From the IMG/VR virus record IMGVR_UViG_3300018065_000012: 64,000 nucleotides of DNA. One strand, written 5' to 3'. The notes under the pieces are model-generated. The model saw only the letters and a list, made by a program, of their open reading frames with translations. It was not told the DNA's origin and made no database searches. Below are positions 45,213 to 56,232 of this stretch, piece after piece. Numbering within the stretch: the first letter of the stretch is position 1; each line of letters starts with the position of its first letter. The translations under genes and the position numbers were made by a program. Source of the stretch: a virus. Its lineage: Duplodnaviria > Heunggongvirae > Uroviricota > Caudoviricetes.

Positions 45213-47111
45213 ATGGCTGATTATGATGCTTCAAGTATTCGAGTTTTGAAAGGGTTGGCGGGCGTTCGCAAGCGTCCTGCTATGTATATTGGCGATACAG
45301 GCAAGTCCGGTTATCATCATTTGGTCTGGGAAATCCTTGATAATTCCATCGATGAAGCGGTAGCGGGATTTTGCAAGAACATTGCGATCAAATTCGCAGA
45401 TGATGGTCGTGTTCAGATTAACGATGATGGACGCGGAATTCCTGTTGAAAAACACCCCACTGAAAAAATTCCCACCGTCGATGTTGTGCTTACAATGCTT
45501 CATGCTGGTGGAAAATTTGGCGGGACCGACACAAAATACCGAACGTCGGGTGGCCTTCATGGTGTAGGTGCCGCAGTAGTCAATGCGCTTTCAGAACGCA
45601 TGACCGTCACAATTAAGCGTGATGGGAAAATTTACCTGCGAGAATATGAGCAAGCGAAGCCCACGAAGAAAGAAGTTGATGTAGTTGGTAAGTGCGGAAA
45701 ACGCGAAACAGGGACAGAAATCATTTTCAAGCCAGATAAGTCGATTTTCAAGCGGTGCGAATTTGATAAAGAAATCATTCAGCGAAGGCTGAGAGAATTG
45801 GCTTTTTTGAATGCCGGTTTGAGGATCAAGCTGTTCTGGGCGCTTGATGGAACAGAGGAAGAATTTTGCTCCAGCGACGGTCTCGTGGGCTACGTGAATT
45901 ATCTTACAAAAAGTAAAGAGTTGATTCATGGCCCAGTGAGAATGCATTCTGGCGATATTGAAGGAAGCGAACTCGATATTGCTTTCGTCTATGACAAAAA
46001 ATATGACTCGCAGATTCACTCCTTTGCGAACAACATAGCGACACACGAAGGTGGAGTTCATTACAATGCTTCGTTAGATGCGCTTTGCAAAGCGGTTGAA
46101 GATTACGCTGCCCCGCAAATCAAGAAGTTGCGGCTTCGTATTAACAAAAGCGACGTGATGGAAGGTTTGACGATGATCGTCAGCGTGCGTATTGAAGACC
46201 CGCAATTTGGCGGTCAGACAAAGACGAAGCTTGGGAATGATGATTTGCGCCGTCCGTTGGGAGAATGGATTCAGGGTAAAGTTCTCAAATTGCTCAAAAA
46301 GCACCGTCAGCACGGCGATGCGATTGTTTCAAAAATCATCGATGCGGTCAAGGTCAGGGACGCTGCCAGAAAAGCAAAAGAAGTTCAGAGAAAAAAGAGC
46401 GTCATGGAGATGTCCGCATTGACTGGAAAGCTCAAGGATTGCACGAGCAAAGACCCTGAGCTGTGTGAACTGTTTTTGGTTGAAGGAGATAGCGCCGAAG
46501 GCCCAACGGTTCAAGCGCGAGACCGGCAATTTCAAGCTGTCCTGCCGCTACGCGGAAAGCCGTTGAATATTCACGGCAAACCATTGGGTCGATGCTTAGG
46601 AAACAAGGAAATTGCTTCGATTGTTTCTGCGTTGGGCGTTACAATTACAAAACGGGAAGTTTTGATTGATGACTTGCGTTATCATAAAATCATTCTTCTT
46701 GCGGACGCCGATCCTGATGGTGGTCACATCACTTGTCTTTTGATGACGATGTTTCACGAATTCATGCGCAAGCTTATCGAAGCAGGACACCTGTATGTTT
46801 GTGAAATGCCCTTGTACCGAGTACGATATAAGGGCAAAGGTAGTTACATCAAAGATGCCGCTGCGTTGGATGAGTTCAAATCAGAACATCCCGGTGAAAA
46901 AATTGAAGTCAGCCGTTTCAAAGGTTTAGGAGAAATGAGAGTTGAAGACCTTGAAGAAACGGCAACAAACCCAAACACGCGTGTTTTGCGCCAAGTGAAA
47001 ATCGAAGATCAAGTTCAGGCGCATGAAATTGTAGATTGTTTGATGGGTAGCGACGTTCAGGCAAGGAAATTATTTCTTAAGAAGTCGCTTCGCTTTGAGG
47101 ATGATGAATAA
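45213..47111 (+). CDS. gyrB: Type IIA topoisomerase subunit B (GyrB/ParE-like)
   Basis: GHKL ATPase [30 protein letters not shown] and PLRGKPLN. An alternative TTG start is at 45198. Confidence 0.9.
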   Translation: MADYDASSIRVLKGLAGVRKRPAMYIGDTGKSGYHHLVWEILDNSIDEAVAGFCKNIAIKFADDGRVQINDDGRGIPVEKHPTEKIPTVDVVLTMLHAGGKFGGTDTKYRTSGGLHGVGAAVVNALSERMTVTIKRDGKIYLREYEQAKPTKKEVDVVGKCGKRETGTEIIFKPDKSIFKRCEFDKEIIQRRLRELAFLNAGLRIKLFWALDGTEEEFCSSDGLVGYVNYLTKSKELIHGPVRMHSGDIEGSELDIAFVYDKKYDSQIHSFANNIATHEGGVHYNASLDALCKAVEDYAAPQIKKLRLRINKSDVMEGLTMIVSVRIEDPQFGGQTKTKLGNDDLRRPLGEWIQGKVLKLLKKHRQHGDAIVSKIIDAVKVRDAARKAKEVQRKKSVMEMSALTGKLKDCTSKDPELCELFLVEGDSAEGPTVQARDRQFQAVLPLRGKPLNIHGKPLGRCLGNKEIASIVSALGVTITKREVLIDDLRYHKIILLADADPDGGHITCLLMTMFHEFMRKLIEAGHLYVCEMPLYRVRYKGKGSYIKDAAALDEFKSEHPGEKIEVSRFKGLGEMRVEDLEETATNPNTRVLRQVKIEDQVQAHEIVDCLMGSDVQARKLFLKKSLRFEDDE

Positions 47112-49543
47112 TGACGCAAACGCAACAGCAACCGCAAATGCCCAACGTTAAGATCACAGACCTTGTGGATGAAATGAAGAATAACTATTTGACGTATGCA
47201 GAATACGTCATTCGGGAACGGGCTATCCCTGACGTGCGTGATGGTTTGAAGCCTGTTCACCGCCGAATTCTCTGGGCTATGTGGGAAGGCGGTTACAAAA
47301 GCACTTCGCCTTACCGAAAAAGCGCGAGAGTTGTTGGCGATTGCATGGGTAAGTATCATCCGCACGGAGATAGTTCAATTTACAGCGCAATGGCGCGGTT
47401 GGCGCAGCCGTTTTCGTTAAACCAAATTCTTGTTGACGGGCAGGGCAATTTTGGCAGCGTAGATAATCCGACTCCTGCTGCTTACAGGTATACCGAAGCC
47501 CGTCTTTCAAAGTTTTCTGAAGCCGTCTATTTCGCGGACATTGAAGAAAGTACCATAGATTTTATTGACAACTATGACGGTCTTGAAAAAGAACCGTCAG
47601 TTCTCCCAACGCGAATTCCGATGATCCTTTTGACTGCGCCAAGCGGAATTGCAGTTGGAATGGCTACAGATATTCCACCGCACAATTTGAATGAAGTTTG
47701 CGATGCGACGCTGGCATATTTGTCCGATCCAAACATTGATGTCAAAAGTCTCCTCGCTTTCATTCAAAGCCCTGACGTTCCGCTGGGCGGTTTGATCAGG
47801 ATTGACGGTTGCAAAGACGCTTATGAAACGGGCCACGGTTCGTTTCCTTACCGCGTAGTTGCAGAGTTTGAATCTGAGGGTAATCAAAAGAGTATCGTCA
47901 TAAAATCCATTCCTTATTCGTCTTGCAAAGACGACATCGTGCGTGAAATTGCGATGGCCGTGAATGAGGACAAGATTTCTGGGATCAAAGAAGTTCGCGA
48001 TGAATCGACAAAACATGGGATCAGGATTTGTGTTGAAGTTGCGGCACGGTCTGATTCCAATGCGGTTTTGAATAGCATTTTCAAGCACACAAGATTGCAG
48101 TCAAATATCAAAGCCAATATGGTCGCTATTTGTGGGAAACAGCCAAGGGTTGTTGGGTTGAAAAACATCTTGGACGCTTTTGTGACTTTCCGGCGAGATG
48201 TAGTCCGGAGGCGTACGATTTTCCGCAAGCAGAAGGCAGAGCAGCGCAAGGAAATCATTGATGGAATCTTGATTTTCCTTTCCAAAGCAGATCAACTGAT
48301 CAAGATTGTTCGTGCTGGTACAGATACGGAAAAAACGCTTGTAGAATTGATGAAACACAGTCTCAGTAGGCGACAAGCGGAGCATGTTTACAATATGCCG
48401 TTACGCCGGTTGTCTGCGCAGGACGAAAAGAAGCTGAAAGATGAGTTGGCGGAAATTACGCCTTATATTCAAGAGCAGCAAGACATCTTGAAAGACAAGT
48501 CAAAACTTGATGGCGTAATCCGCAAAGAGATCAAAGAAATTCAGGACAAGTTCGGGGTGACGAGAAGGACGCAAGTCACTTCTGACTTTTCCTCTATTGA
48601 AGCAAAGGATACGATCAAGGAACAACGGGTTTCCTTGATTTTCCTGTCGGATGGAACGGTGAAATCGACGCCCATTGACGATTATCGCCTTCAAAAGCGT
48701 CGGGGTCAGGGAGTCAGTGGCGTGAAGGTTCCTGACGGCGTAGTGCCAGATTATGTCGGTCAGGCAAGTACCCACGATAATGTGATGGTCTTCACAGATC
48801 AGGGTCACCGCTATCGCTTGGGCGTTCATTTAATTCCGGCGCTGGGTCGTGGGAAAAAGCCGCAACCGCTTCAGAATTACATTCCTTTGTTTCAACCGGG
48901 GGAACGTGTGGTTTCCGTTACAAAGGAAAAGCTGAACGACGATGAGTGCTTGGTAATGCTTGGCTCTCAAGGCAAGCTTCGCAAACTGAAAGCAAAAGTA
49001 GTTAATAAAACGCAAGACAAAACAACGGAATTCTATCCAGTGAGCGCTGGTGGGCGCGTAGTGTCTGCCATTGTAGCGAAAAGCGATGACGAGATTATCA
49101 TGCTTTCAAAGATTGGAATGGTTCTTAGAACGTCATTGACTAACATTCGAGAAGTTGCTTCGAGAAAATCAGTCGGTTCAAGAGGAATCAAACTTAAAAG
49201 CGGTGATGAGGCTTTGTCAGTTTCAGTAGTGCCAAAGGAAGGGCATCTTCTCACTGTCAGCAAAAGCGGTTTTGGAAAACGTACCGACTTGAAACATTAT
49301 ATCGCGAAAGGTAGGGGAAGAAAAGGTTCAAAAGGAATCAAATTGACAGATGGCGATGAGTTGTTGTTCGGACAGGCAATAATGGCAACGGAAACCGAAG
49401 CAAGCTTGTTCATCATTACAAACAAGAATGTTGCTATTCGTTTGAGATTCAATAGCGTTCCAAGTCAAGGTCGGACGGCAAGAGGAACTGCCGTAAAAAA
49501 GCTTGAGGATGATGAAGTTATTGCTTCTGTAGCAGTGGAATGA
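47111..49543 (+). CDS. gyrA: Type IIA topoisomerase subunit A (GyrA/ParC-like)
   Basis: [20 protein letters not shown] and [15 protein letters not shown] (active-site region). ATGA overlap with gyrB. Confidence 0.9.
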   Translation: MTQTQQQPQMPNVKITDLVDEMKNNYLTYAEYVIRERAIPDVRDGLKPVHRRILWAMWEGGYKSTSPYRKSARVVGDCMGKYHPHGDSSIYSAMARLAQPFSLNQILVDGQGNFGSVDNPTPAAYRYTEARLSKFSEAVYFADIEESTIDFIDNYDGLEKEPSVLPTRIPMILLTAPSGIAVGMATDIPPHNLNEVCDATLAYLSDPNIDVKSLLAFIQSPDVPLGGLIRIDGCKDAYETGHGSFPYRVVAEFESEGNQKSIVIKSIPYSSCKDDIVREIAMAVNEDKISGIKEVRDESTKHGIRICVEVAARSDSNAVLNSIFKHTRLQSNIKANMVAICGKQPRVVGLKNILDAFVTFRRDVVRRRTIFRKQKAEQRKEIIDGILIFLSKADQLIKIVRAGTDTEKTLVELMKHSLSRRQAEHVYNMPLRRLSAQDEKKLKDELAEITPYIQEQQDILKDKSKLDGVIRKEIKEIQDKFGVTRRTQVTSDFSSIEAKDTIKEQRVSLIFLSDGTVKSTPIDDYRLQKRRGQGVSGVKVPDGVVPDYVGQASTHDNVMVFTDQGHRYRLGVHLIPALGRGKKPQPLQNYIPLFQPGERVVSVTKEKLNDDECLVMLGSQGKLRKLKAKVVNKTQDKTTEFYPVSAGGRVVSAIVAKSDDEIIMLSKIGMVLRTSLTNIREVASRKSVGSRGIKLKSGDEALSVSVVPKEGHLLTVSKSGFGKRTDLKHYIAKGRGRKGSKGIKLTDGDELLFGQAIMATETEASLFIITNKNVAIRLRFNSVPSQGRTARGTAVKKLEDDEVIASVAVE

Positions 49544-49551
49544 GGTGAAGA

Positions 49552-50079
49552 ATGAAAAAAGGAAGATGTAGTGCTAAGGTGCGGTGTAAGGGAATGAAAT
49601 TTCATCGTACGCGTTCTTGCAAAAACAAAGGCTCAGTTCAGGTTGCATCAATGTGGTTTTGCAGACACCACATTCCCAAAGTCCTTTTGTCCAAAGAAGC
49701 GGAGAAGTTGAAGAAATGCATTCAGGAGCATGAAGACGCAGCAAAGCATTACCGTGATAAATTGGGCCTCATCAATGGATTGAGAGACATAAAACAAAGA
49801 CGACGGGAACCTTGTGTCATTTCGTCAGACTTCTGTGACGCGCCAGCCAACTTGGAGTTTGCGTCTGCAAGATACGATTGTTACACGTGCGGATTGCCGG
49901 TTTGTGCAAAATGTTCTTTCGTCCTTCCAGACGAATACGCAAAGCGAAAAACACGTGTGTGTTTGGATTGCGCTGAAGAAGACCCAGCAAGATGGGGTTT
50001 TGAAGATGCCGATGGCGTAGTTGATTGGTGGAACACAAAGAACGGCGCATTTGATCACAGGCTCAAGGAGAAAGCATAA
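49552..50079 (+). CDS. Cys-rich zinc-finger protein (175 aa)
   Basis: CYTCGLPVCAKCS and CLDCAEE. FYVE/B-box-like spacing. Function unknown. Confidence 0.45.
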   Translation: MKKGRCSAKVRCKGMKFHRTRSCKNKGSVQVASMWFCRHHIPKVLLSKEAEKLKKCIQEHEDAAKHYRDKLGLINGLRDIKQRRREPCVISSDFCDAPANLEFASARYDCYTCGLPVCAKCSFVLPDEYAKRKTRVCLDCAEEDPARWGFEDADGVVDWWNTKNGAFDHRLKEKA

Positions 50080-52058
50080 TGAGTAGTTCAGAACGGCTGA
50101 AAGAGTTGGTTGAGCAAATCGTTCATCATAACGATTTGTACTTCAACAAGAACAAACCGGAAATCAGCGATACAGAATACGACGAGCTTATTCAAGAAGC
50201 ACAAAACTTGGCGTTGGGAATTGATCCTGATGATCCAGTTATAGCGGCAGCATTTGAAGTGTTTGATAGCGTTGGAGCAATCGCAGCTTACGGAAGCAAA
50301 GTGGAACATCCTTCCTTGATGGGCAGTCTTGCGAAGGAAAACACTATTGAAGCAATGCTCAATTGGAGAACGAAGTTGAGCAAGTCATCAATGGTAGTTG
50401 CGATGCCCAAGATGGACGGTTGTGCTATCCGATTGATGTATGATAAAGGTCGACTTTGGCAAGCCGCAACACGCGGAAACGGAACAGTAGGCCAAGACGT
50501 GACGGCCAACGTGCGGGCATTGAAGTCAATTCCAAATATCATTCCCTACAAAAAGTCGGTTGAATTGCGCGGCGAGATTTACATGAAAAAGTCCGTATTT
50601 GAACAATTGACTGAGAGCGGTACGTTTGATTTTGCTAATCCAAGAAACGCATCAGCGGGATCATTGATGCAAAAGGATGCGAAGAAAACAGCCAAGCGGA
50701 AACTTTCATTCCGTTGTTACAACGCCATTCGAGAGGAAAAAGACTTTGACAGAATTTCTGAGATGTCCACATTTGTAGAAGCAGAATGCAAGGGCATTGA
50801 GTTTGTTGAACCGTTGATTCTTCGCGCTTTCAATACCTATGAAGAATTTTCCGAAGCAATCGAGCAATGGGAAAGCGACCGTGCGGGGCTCGATTATGAA
50901 ATTGACGGGATTGTTTTTGCATCAAACAGTGTAGATGAAATTGCTTCGCTGGGAATTGTCGGTAAGCGTCCGGTTGCGATGATGGCATTCAAGTTCAAGG
51001 CCGAACAAAAGAATTCCGTTGTCAAAGGCATTCATTGGCAAGCTGGGCGTTCGGGTAGAATCACGCCTGTTGCTGATATCATTCCGACACGTCTTGCGGG
51101 AAGCACTATTCGCAATATCACTTTGCACAACTATGGAAATATCCAATCGCTCAAACTTCAGATTGGCGATGAGATTCTGTTTGAAAAAGCTGGTGACGTT
51201 ATCCCTCAAGTAGTTCGGGTAACTGATCGGCACGGACGGCGAGAAAATAAGCACATTGAAGATGATGACATCAATTTCCCAAAACATTGCCCTTCATGTG
51301 GAAAAGAAACGACGCTTGATGCTCGTTCGATTTTCCTTCTTTGTATGAATATAACGTGCCCAGCGAAAATTGAACGTGAAATCATTCATTACATCAATAC
51401 TCTTGAAATTAAGGGTATTGGGCCGGAGATCGTGCGTACGCTTTTGAAGGCAGGACTAATCAAAGACATTCCCGGCTTGTATTATCTGCGCTATGAGGAT
51501 TTGGTTCAGCTTCCAAATTGGGGCGATAAATCAGCTCAGCAGACTATTCAATGTATTTTGGAGAAGGGTGAAGTACCGCTTTGGCAGTTCGTTGCAAGTC
51601 TTGGAATTCAGAATATCGGAAAAACAATGGGGAAAGCTTTGGCAAAAGAATTCAAAACACTCGATGCAATTCGTAAGGCAAATACTTCTCAAGTGAGCAA
51701 AATTGAAGGGTTGGGTTCTAAAACAGCGAAAGATTTTGTAATTGGCATTGATAACTGTGCAAAGATGATTGATGAACTTTTGAATTGTGTTGATGTGAAG
51801 GAGGTAGAAATGTCTACAGGTCCATTGGTTGGAAAAAGCTTTTGCATGACGGGTGCGCTTCCCAGCGGGAAGAAACGCAACGAAATGGCCGCTGAAATTG
51901 AAGCGGCAGGTGGCGAGGTCAAGAGCGGCGTTGGAAAGGGTCTGGATTTCTTGGTCATGGCCGATCCAACAAGCACTTCGGGCAAAGCAAAGAAAGCACG
52001 CAAGCTTGGAACGGAGTGTATCAGCGAAGAGCAGCTTGACGAAATGATGAAAGGATAG
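50079..52058 (+). CDS. ligA: NAD+-dependent DNA ligase
   Basis: Adenylation KMDG (AMPKMDGCAIRL), RGNGTVGQDVT, OB-domain GRSGRITPVA, Zn-finger CPSCG...C, HhH repeats and C-terminal BRCT. Confidence 0.9.
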   Translation: MSSSERLKELVEQIVHHNDLYFNKNKPEISDTEYDELIQEAQNLALGIDPDDPVIAAAFEVFDSVGAIAAYGSKVEHPSLMGSLAKENTIEAMLNWRTKLSKSSMVVAMPKMDGCAIRLMYDKGRLWQAATRGNGTVGQDVTANVRALKSIPNIIPYKKSVELRGEIYMKKSVFEQLTESGTFDFANPRNASAGSLMQKDAKKTAKRKLSFRCYNAIREEKDFDRISEMSTFVEAECKGIEFVEPLILRAFNTYEEFSEAIEQWESDRAGLDYEIDGIVFASNSVDEIASLGIVGKRPVAMMAFKFKAEQKNSVVKGIHWQAGRSGRITPVADIIPTRLAGSTIRNITLHNYGNIQSLKLQIGDEILFEKAGDVIPQVVRVTDRHGRRENKHIEDDDINFPKHCPSCGKETTLDARSIFLLCMNITCPAKIEREIIHYINTLEIKGIGPEIVRTLLKAGLIKDIPGLYYLRYEDLVQLPNWGDKSAQQTIQCILEKGEVPLWQFVASLGIQNIGKTMGKALAKEFKTLDAIRKANTSQVSKIEGLGSKTAKDFVIGIDNCAKMIDELLNCVDVKEVEMSTGPLVGKSFCMTGALPSGKKRNEMAAEIEAAGGEVKSGVGKGLDFLVMADPTSTSGKAKKARKLGTECISEEQLDEMMKG

Positions 52059-52061
52059 TTC

Positions 52062-52514
52062 ATGTCTGACGCTGACTCTTTTGAATTCGATGTTCCCGAA
52101 GAACTCAAGGCATGGATTGAATTTCAAGAAAGTCATGTCAACGGGTTCAATACACCGGAAATCTTCCACTACATCCTTGAAAAAGGGAAGATCAAAAGGG
52201 CTGGCCTTATTGAAATGGCGAAGTGGTTTGAGCAAAACCCCGCAGCCAGAAGCGTCGACAAGACGACGATAAATGACGAAGTGTGGGTCAGTACCACCTT
52301 CCTTTGCATTGATCACAACTTCTTGTGTTTTGCAGAGCCGTGGGAAGGCGTAAAAGCAGAAGACAAGCGCCCGATACTTTTTGAGACGATGATCTTTGGC
52401 GGTGAATACGATAAATATCAAGTCAGGTATCACACGCTTGTTGAAGCCAAAAAAGGGCATTGGGAAGCAGTCGACATTGCAAAAGGACATAAGGCTGCCC
52501 CGGAGGGATGGTAA
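52062..52514 (+). CDS. Hypothetical protein (150 aa)
   Basis: Co-oriented ORF immediately after ligA. Confidence 0.4.
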   Translation: MSDADSFEFDVPEELKAWIEFQESHVNGFNTPEIFHYILEKGKIKRAGLIEMAKWFEQNPAARSVDKTTINDEVWVSTTFLCIDHNFLCFAEPWEGVKAEDKRPILFETMIFGGEYDKYQVRYHTLVEAKKGHWEAVDIAKGHKAAPEGW

Positions 52515-52759
52515 TGGATTTGCGCAGGTTTGGTCCAAAGCGAGAAGAGGATTGTGACATCGAGAACGTGTGCCCGGCTTGTGCCAAGCCATTCAAACCG
52601 GGAGACTACACGACATTGATTGCGCTTGGGCCGGGAGACGATCCCGAGGCCCAAAAAAGGTGTCGCGAGGGTAGGCCATATAACGCCATTGCGAAGGAAG
52701 TTCACTGGGCTTGTGCTACGGGGAAAACCGATGGAGAAAGAACAGAAAAAGACGGATAG
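52508..52759 (+). CDS. Small hypothetical Cys-containing protein (83 aa)
   Basis: CPACAKPF...HWACATG. Its 3' end overlaps the ClpS start. Confidence 0.3.
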   Translation: MVMDLRRFGPKREEDCDIENVCPACAKPFKPGDYTTLIALGPGDDPEAQKRCREGRPYNAIAKEVHWACATGKTDGERTEKDG

Positions 52760-53015
52760 TGAAAGCAAAACACGCCTTGCGCCAATGTGGAAGGTATTGC
52801 TTCACAACGACGACAACAACTCAATGGAACATGTTGTTCGTGCGTTGCAAGAGACATTCAAATTTGACGCTATGAAGGCAGTGAGGATTATGTATGAAGC
52901 GCACAACAGCGGGGTTGCGCTTTGCAAGGTTGAGTATCTTGAACATGCTGAATGGCATCGAGATGCGCTCAGGTCGTTCAGTTTGGGAGCCACGATTGAG
53001 CCAGAAAATGATTAA
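52728..53015 (+). CDS. clpS: ClpS-like ATP-dependent Clp protease adaptor
   Basis: MWKVLLHNDDNNSMEHVVRALQETFKFDAMKAVRIMYEAHNSGVALCKVEYLEHAE aligns with E. coli ClpS [56 protein letters not shown]. The ORF is open from 52620. Confidence 0.75.
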   Translation, partial: PMEKEQKKTDSESKTRLAPMWKVLLHNDDNNSMEHVVRALQETFKFDAMKAVRIMYEAHNSGVALCKVEYLEHAEWHRDALRSFSLGATIEPEND

Positions 53016-53048
53016 AAATGAAGATTTTTACCAAATGAATTTTTGTGC

Positions 53049-53058
53049 TTTGTATAAT
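53049..53058 (+). promoter_or_regulatory. Promoter-like motif TTTGTATAAT, copy 7
   Basis: Sequence gcTTTGTATAATtagaagtgtgtgATGggttg. Followed by a GU-rich leader and a GTG/ATG at 53068-53073. The stronger SD (ggggg) is before the ATG at 53122. Confidence 0.4.
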
Positions 53059-53121
53059 TAGAAGTGTGTGATGGGTTGTAAACGCTTTTGTCTTCAGCTG
53101 TTAGGTTTTGTGGGGGTTTTT

Positions 53122-54618
53122 ATGAAAACTGAAACGAGAGAAAAAACAAAAAGTTTTCGGGAAAAACTTGAGAAATATTCTGCCTTAGCAAAACTACATG
53201 ATTCAGCTTATGAGTCATGCGGCTTAACCCCAAAGCAACTTGAAAAATTGCTTTTGGGCCATCATTTCTCAAACGGCGCAACTAAAGTAAAGCTATCCAA
53301 ACTCGGCGTCTTCAATTCAACTTTTTTCGATGATATTGATTTTGACGAAAATACAAAACAACTGTTGGCTGCTGTAGGGGAAATAGGCGGCAAGATGGCA
53401 AGAGGAAAGGCGCATCCCAATGCGCCTTTGAAATTTTCAGGGGTAAGGGATCTTTTGAATACTATTTTGAGGGACAAAAAATTACTAATGAAGATAGGGG
53501 TTGCAAGAGTTGGGAAAAGCAAATCCGATGAAGTTTGGACAGGACGGAATCGTTGTATGGCGTTATTTATCTTATTTGGTCCAGACGTTATCGTTCCGAG
53601 TGACGTTAGCAAGGAAGCCGTTTCGCAATCTGAATTTGATAATATGGTTTTGAAGGCAAACAAAGGAAGAAGGGTTTCAAAAGCGGAAAGTTCAACCGTT
53701 TTTGTGAACGAACTCGATGAAAGAATGAAAGGCTCTTCAGACATAGAACGGAATTTTGAATTGCTTTCATCTTCAAGAGGCAAAAAATGTTTTTTCCGTG
53801 CGCGTGGTGGCGTGGATGGAGAAGAGATCGGCTTCGAACGAAACGCTTGGAAACACTTACAAATCTGGGATGATTTTACTGGGGAACGCCCAAGACAAAT
53901 TGATAAGAGAAAGACAAACATTAGCATCAGTTTTTTTGAGGATTTTTTCCATTGTTTATCTGGCTCTTGTCATGATCGGTCTTGGACAAAAAACATAAAA
54001 AGCAACGAGAGGAAGAAGGAAAAGATTGATCTTTTTAAGGAACGTGCTTATCGTTGTGAAGCATTTGCGGAAAATTTTGCGGAAATTCTGAATTCTTTGT
54101 TTGAGAATTTTAAGACAAAACTTCAAGGTGAGCTTAAAGGGAAGTATACAGAAGAGGAATTCAGAAACGTGATGGCTGGAATGACTATCGGAAAAATGGG
54201 GAGAAATTGGGGGAAGTTTTTGGGCAGTTCAGGAAGAGCAATAGCATTTTTTCTTTTGGGGCTTCGCCTTACGTCAAATTGTAGCGAGGCGCTTGAAGAA
54301 AAATTCGGTTGGGAACTTTTTTCGGAACATCATAACGTCCTTGTTGAAGCTGCGGAAACATTAGCGCGTTCCTATTTTGATATGTGTTTTGAAGACCAAT
54401 TGGTGAAGGACAAGAAAAACAGATCAAAGCTTATGAGCCGGTTGTTTTATGAGGTGCTGTCAATTAAAGGTTCTGGAGCAAAAGATAAGAAGAAAAGATT
54501 AAGGCATTTGTATGAAGATGTTTTGGTGGACGATCCAGAGTTAAACGGGTGGCTTGGCGAAGCTATTAAAGAAGAAAACAGGGGAATAGCGTTGAGAAAA
54601 TTCGTGACAGAATTATAG
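53122..54618 (+). CDS. ParB-like nuclease-domain protein (paralog B). An alternative GTG start is at 53068.
   Basis: EVWTGRNRCMALFILFGPDVIVPSD parallels ECWSGRHRLAFLALLYGPDAEIPVE in the 37075 gene. Confidence 0.4.
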   Translation: MKTETREKTKSFREKLEKYSALAKLHDSAYESCGLTPKQLEKLLLGHHFSNGATKVKLSKLGVFNSTFFDDIDFDENTKQLLAAVGEIGGKMARGKAHPNAPLKFSGVRDLLNTILRDKKLLMKIGVARVGKSKSDEVWTGRNRCMALFILFGPDVIVPSDVSKEAVSQSEFDNMVLKANKGRRVSKAESSTVFVNELDERMKGSSDIERNFELLSSSRGKKCFFRARGGVDGEEIGFERNAWKHLQIWDDFTGERPRQIDKRKTNISISFFEDFFHCLSGSCHDRSWTKNIKSNERKKEKIDLFKERAYRCEAFAENFAEILNSLFENFKTKLQGELKGKYTEEEFRNVMAGMTIGKMGRNWGKFLGSSGRAIAFFLLGLRLTSNCSEALEEKFGWELFSEHHNVLVEAAETLARSYFDMCFEDQLVKDKKNRSKLMSRLFYEVLSIKGSGAKDKKKRLRHLYEDVLVDDPELNGWLGEAIKEENRGIALRKFVTEL

Positions 54619-54627
54619 GAGAGAAAA

Positions 54628-55452
54628 ATGGCAACGACGACGAAAACAATTAACCCGCTTCAGAAAAAGCTGACGGCCCTCCGGAAAAGGCTTAAAAACT
54701 CGAAGAAGAGTAGTGCTTCAGACTTTCATCGTGTCGTAGAATTTTATCGGGAGGTTATCGAAAGCGATCGTTGTTCTGACAAAACAAGAGCATTGGTGAG
54801 GTTCAAAACTACAGCAATAGATTTTCCAGAATATTATGATGCAGCAATGATGGTTGTAGATGGCGAGTATTCAGAATCAGATATTTTCAGATGTATTTCG
54901 ATTGTTCCTGCGCTCAACAGGCTTTATCGTTTAGCAAAGCAGCCTTTCCCAAAAGAAATTGACGCTGTAATTAGGGCCAGCATAGGAAGGCGCAATCAAG
55001 GAAAACTTTATAACGGCATGAAGGATGATCTTTTTGCTTGTTGTATAAGCAGCCTGCGAATTCCGATTAGGAAAAAGTCCATTCCAAGAGGCGCAACCAT
55101 TTCTACTATTTCCAGAAGCTGCGATTTTTTGACTTTTGACAGTTACCGTAAAATTACGCAAAGGCAACGCAATGAATTTTTGACCACAATAGAACGGGGT
55201 GTCTTTCCCCGGTCAAATTTATCCAATTCAAGAGGGTGCTTTTATATGTATCCAAAGAAAAAAGCATTAGCACTAATATCTTCGCCCACTCCTTTGAAAA
55301 TTAAAGTTGATGTATTTTATGCGGTGATGTTCAAGAGTTGGGGGTTGGATGGGTCTACGACAAACGGGGCAAAAGTACATGCATATTCGCACAACCATCA
55401 AGTGATATTGAGGATTCCCGGAGTTGGCGACAGAGTGTATTCGCCTATATAA
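54628..55452 (+). CDS. Hypothetical protein (274 aa)
   Basis: SD-like gagaga upstream. Confidence 0.4.
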   Translation: MATTTKTINPLQKKLTALRKRLKNSKKSSASDFHRVVEFYREVIESDRCSDKTRALVRFKTTAIDFPEYYDAAMMVVDGEYSESDIFRCISIVPALNRLYRLAKQPFPKEIDAVIRASIGRRNQGKLYNGMKDDLFACCISSLRIPIRKKSIPRGATISTISRSCDFLTFDSYRKITQRQRNEFLTTIERGVFPRSNLSNSRGCFYMYPKKKALALISSPTPLKIKVDVFYAVMFKSWGLDGSTTNGAKVHAYSHNHQVILRIPGVGDRVYSPI

Positions 55453-55468
55453 ATCGGAGGAATTAGAA

Positions 55469-55903
55469 ATGGGCACAAGAAGCTTCATTGGAATCGTGGA
55501 AGGCAAAAAGGTACGCGCAATTTACACGCATTGGGACGGTTATCCAACTCACAACGGGAAGATTCTGCTCGAAGCTTTCAACACGCCAGAAAAGATTCAT
55601 GAACTGCTTGATCTTGGTGATCTGTCTTGTTTGGGAAGTGAACTCGGAGAGAAGCACGGCTTCAACGATCACAATGATAACAAGAAAGCAAAGAATTGGT
55701 GTTTAGCTTACGGACGTGATCGTGGCGAGGAAGAAACTGATTCCAAGTTGTTCAGCTCAGAAGACGAATTTTTGAGCAAGTGTGATGAAGATTACACGTA
55801 CTTGTTCAAGGATGGAAAATGGTTTTTCAGGAATTGGCAAAAATCATTGAAGCCGTTGACCAAAGCAGCAATCAAAAAAGACAACGAGGATGATGAAGAA
55901 TGA
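55469..55903 (+). CDS. Hypothetical acidic protein (144 aa)
   Basis: ATG at 55469 with the SD ggagg 8 nt upstream. Confidence 0.4.
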   Translation: MGTRSFIGIVEGKKVRAIYTHWDGYPTHNGKILLEAFNTPEKIHELLDLGDLSCLGSELGEKHGFNDHNDNKKAKNWCLAYGRDRGEEETDSKLFSSEDEFLSKCDEDYTYLFKDGKWFFRNWQKSLKPLTKAAIKKDNEDDEE

Positions 55904-56232
55904 GCTTGATTCTTTCCAAGACACAGCCAGAAGGGACAGAAGCAAAATCGCTTGGAAAAATGTTTCCTGATTTTCCTGATTTGAAAATCAGCGTTCCTAT
56001 CCGAAAGAAAGACGTTGAATCTGCTACGCATCAAAATGGGAAAAAGAACGAATGGATTTCAGTTGAAATGCCCTTTGAAGACTTTTGCGAACTGACCAAA
56101 TACATTATGACGAATACGGAATTGACAAAAGATGACCCGCGCATGCGGTTGGTTTCTTGGTTTCACCAGCTTCAAACTGTCGAAGGTTTCAACGGGAAAG
56201 GGACTTGGCGGTTGGAGACGAAGGATGCCTGA
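55900..56232 (+). CDS. Hypothetical protein (110 aa)
   Basis: ATGA overlap. Confidence 0.35.
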   Translation: MSLILSKTQPEGTEAKSLGKMFPDFPDLKISVPIRKKDVESATHQNGKKNEWISVEMPFEDFCELTKYIMTNTELTKDDPRMRLVSWFHQLQTVEGFNGKGTWRLETKDA

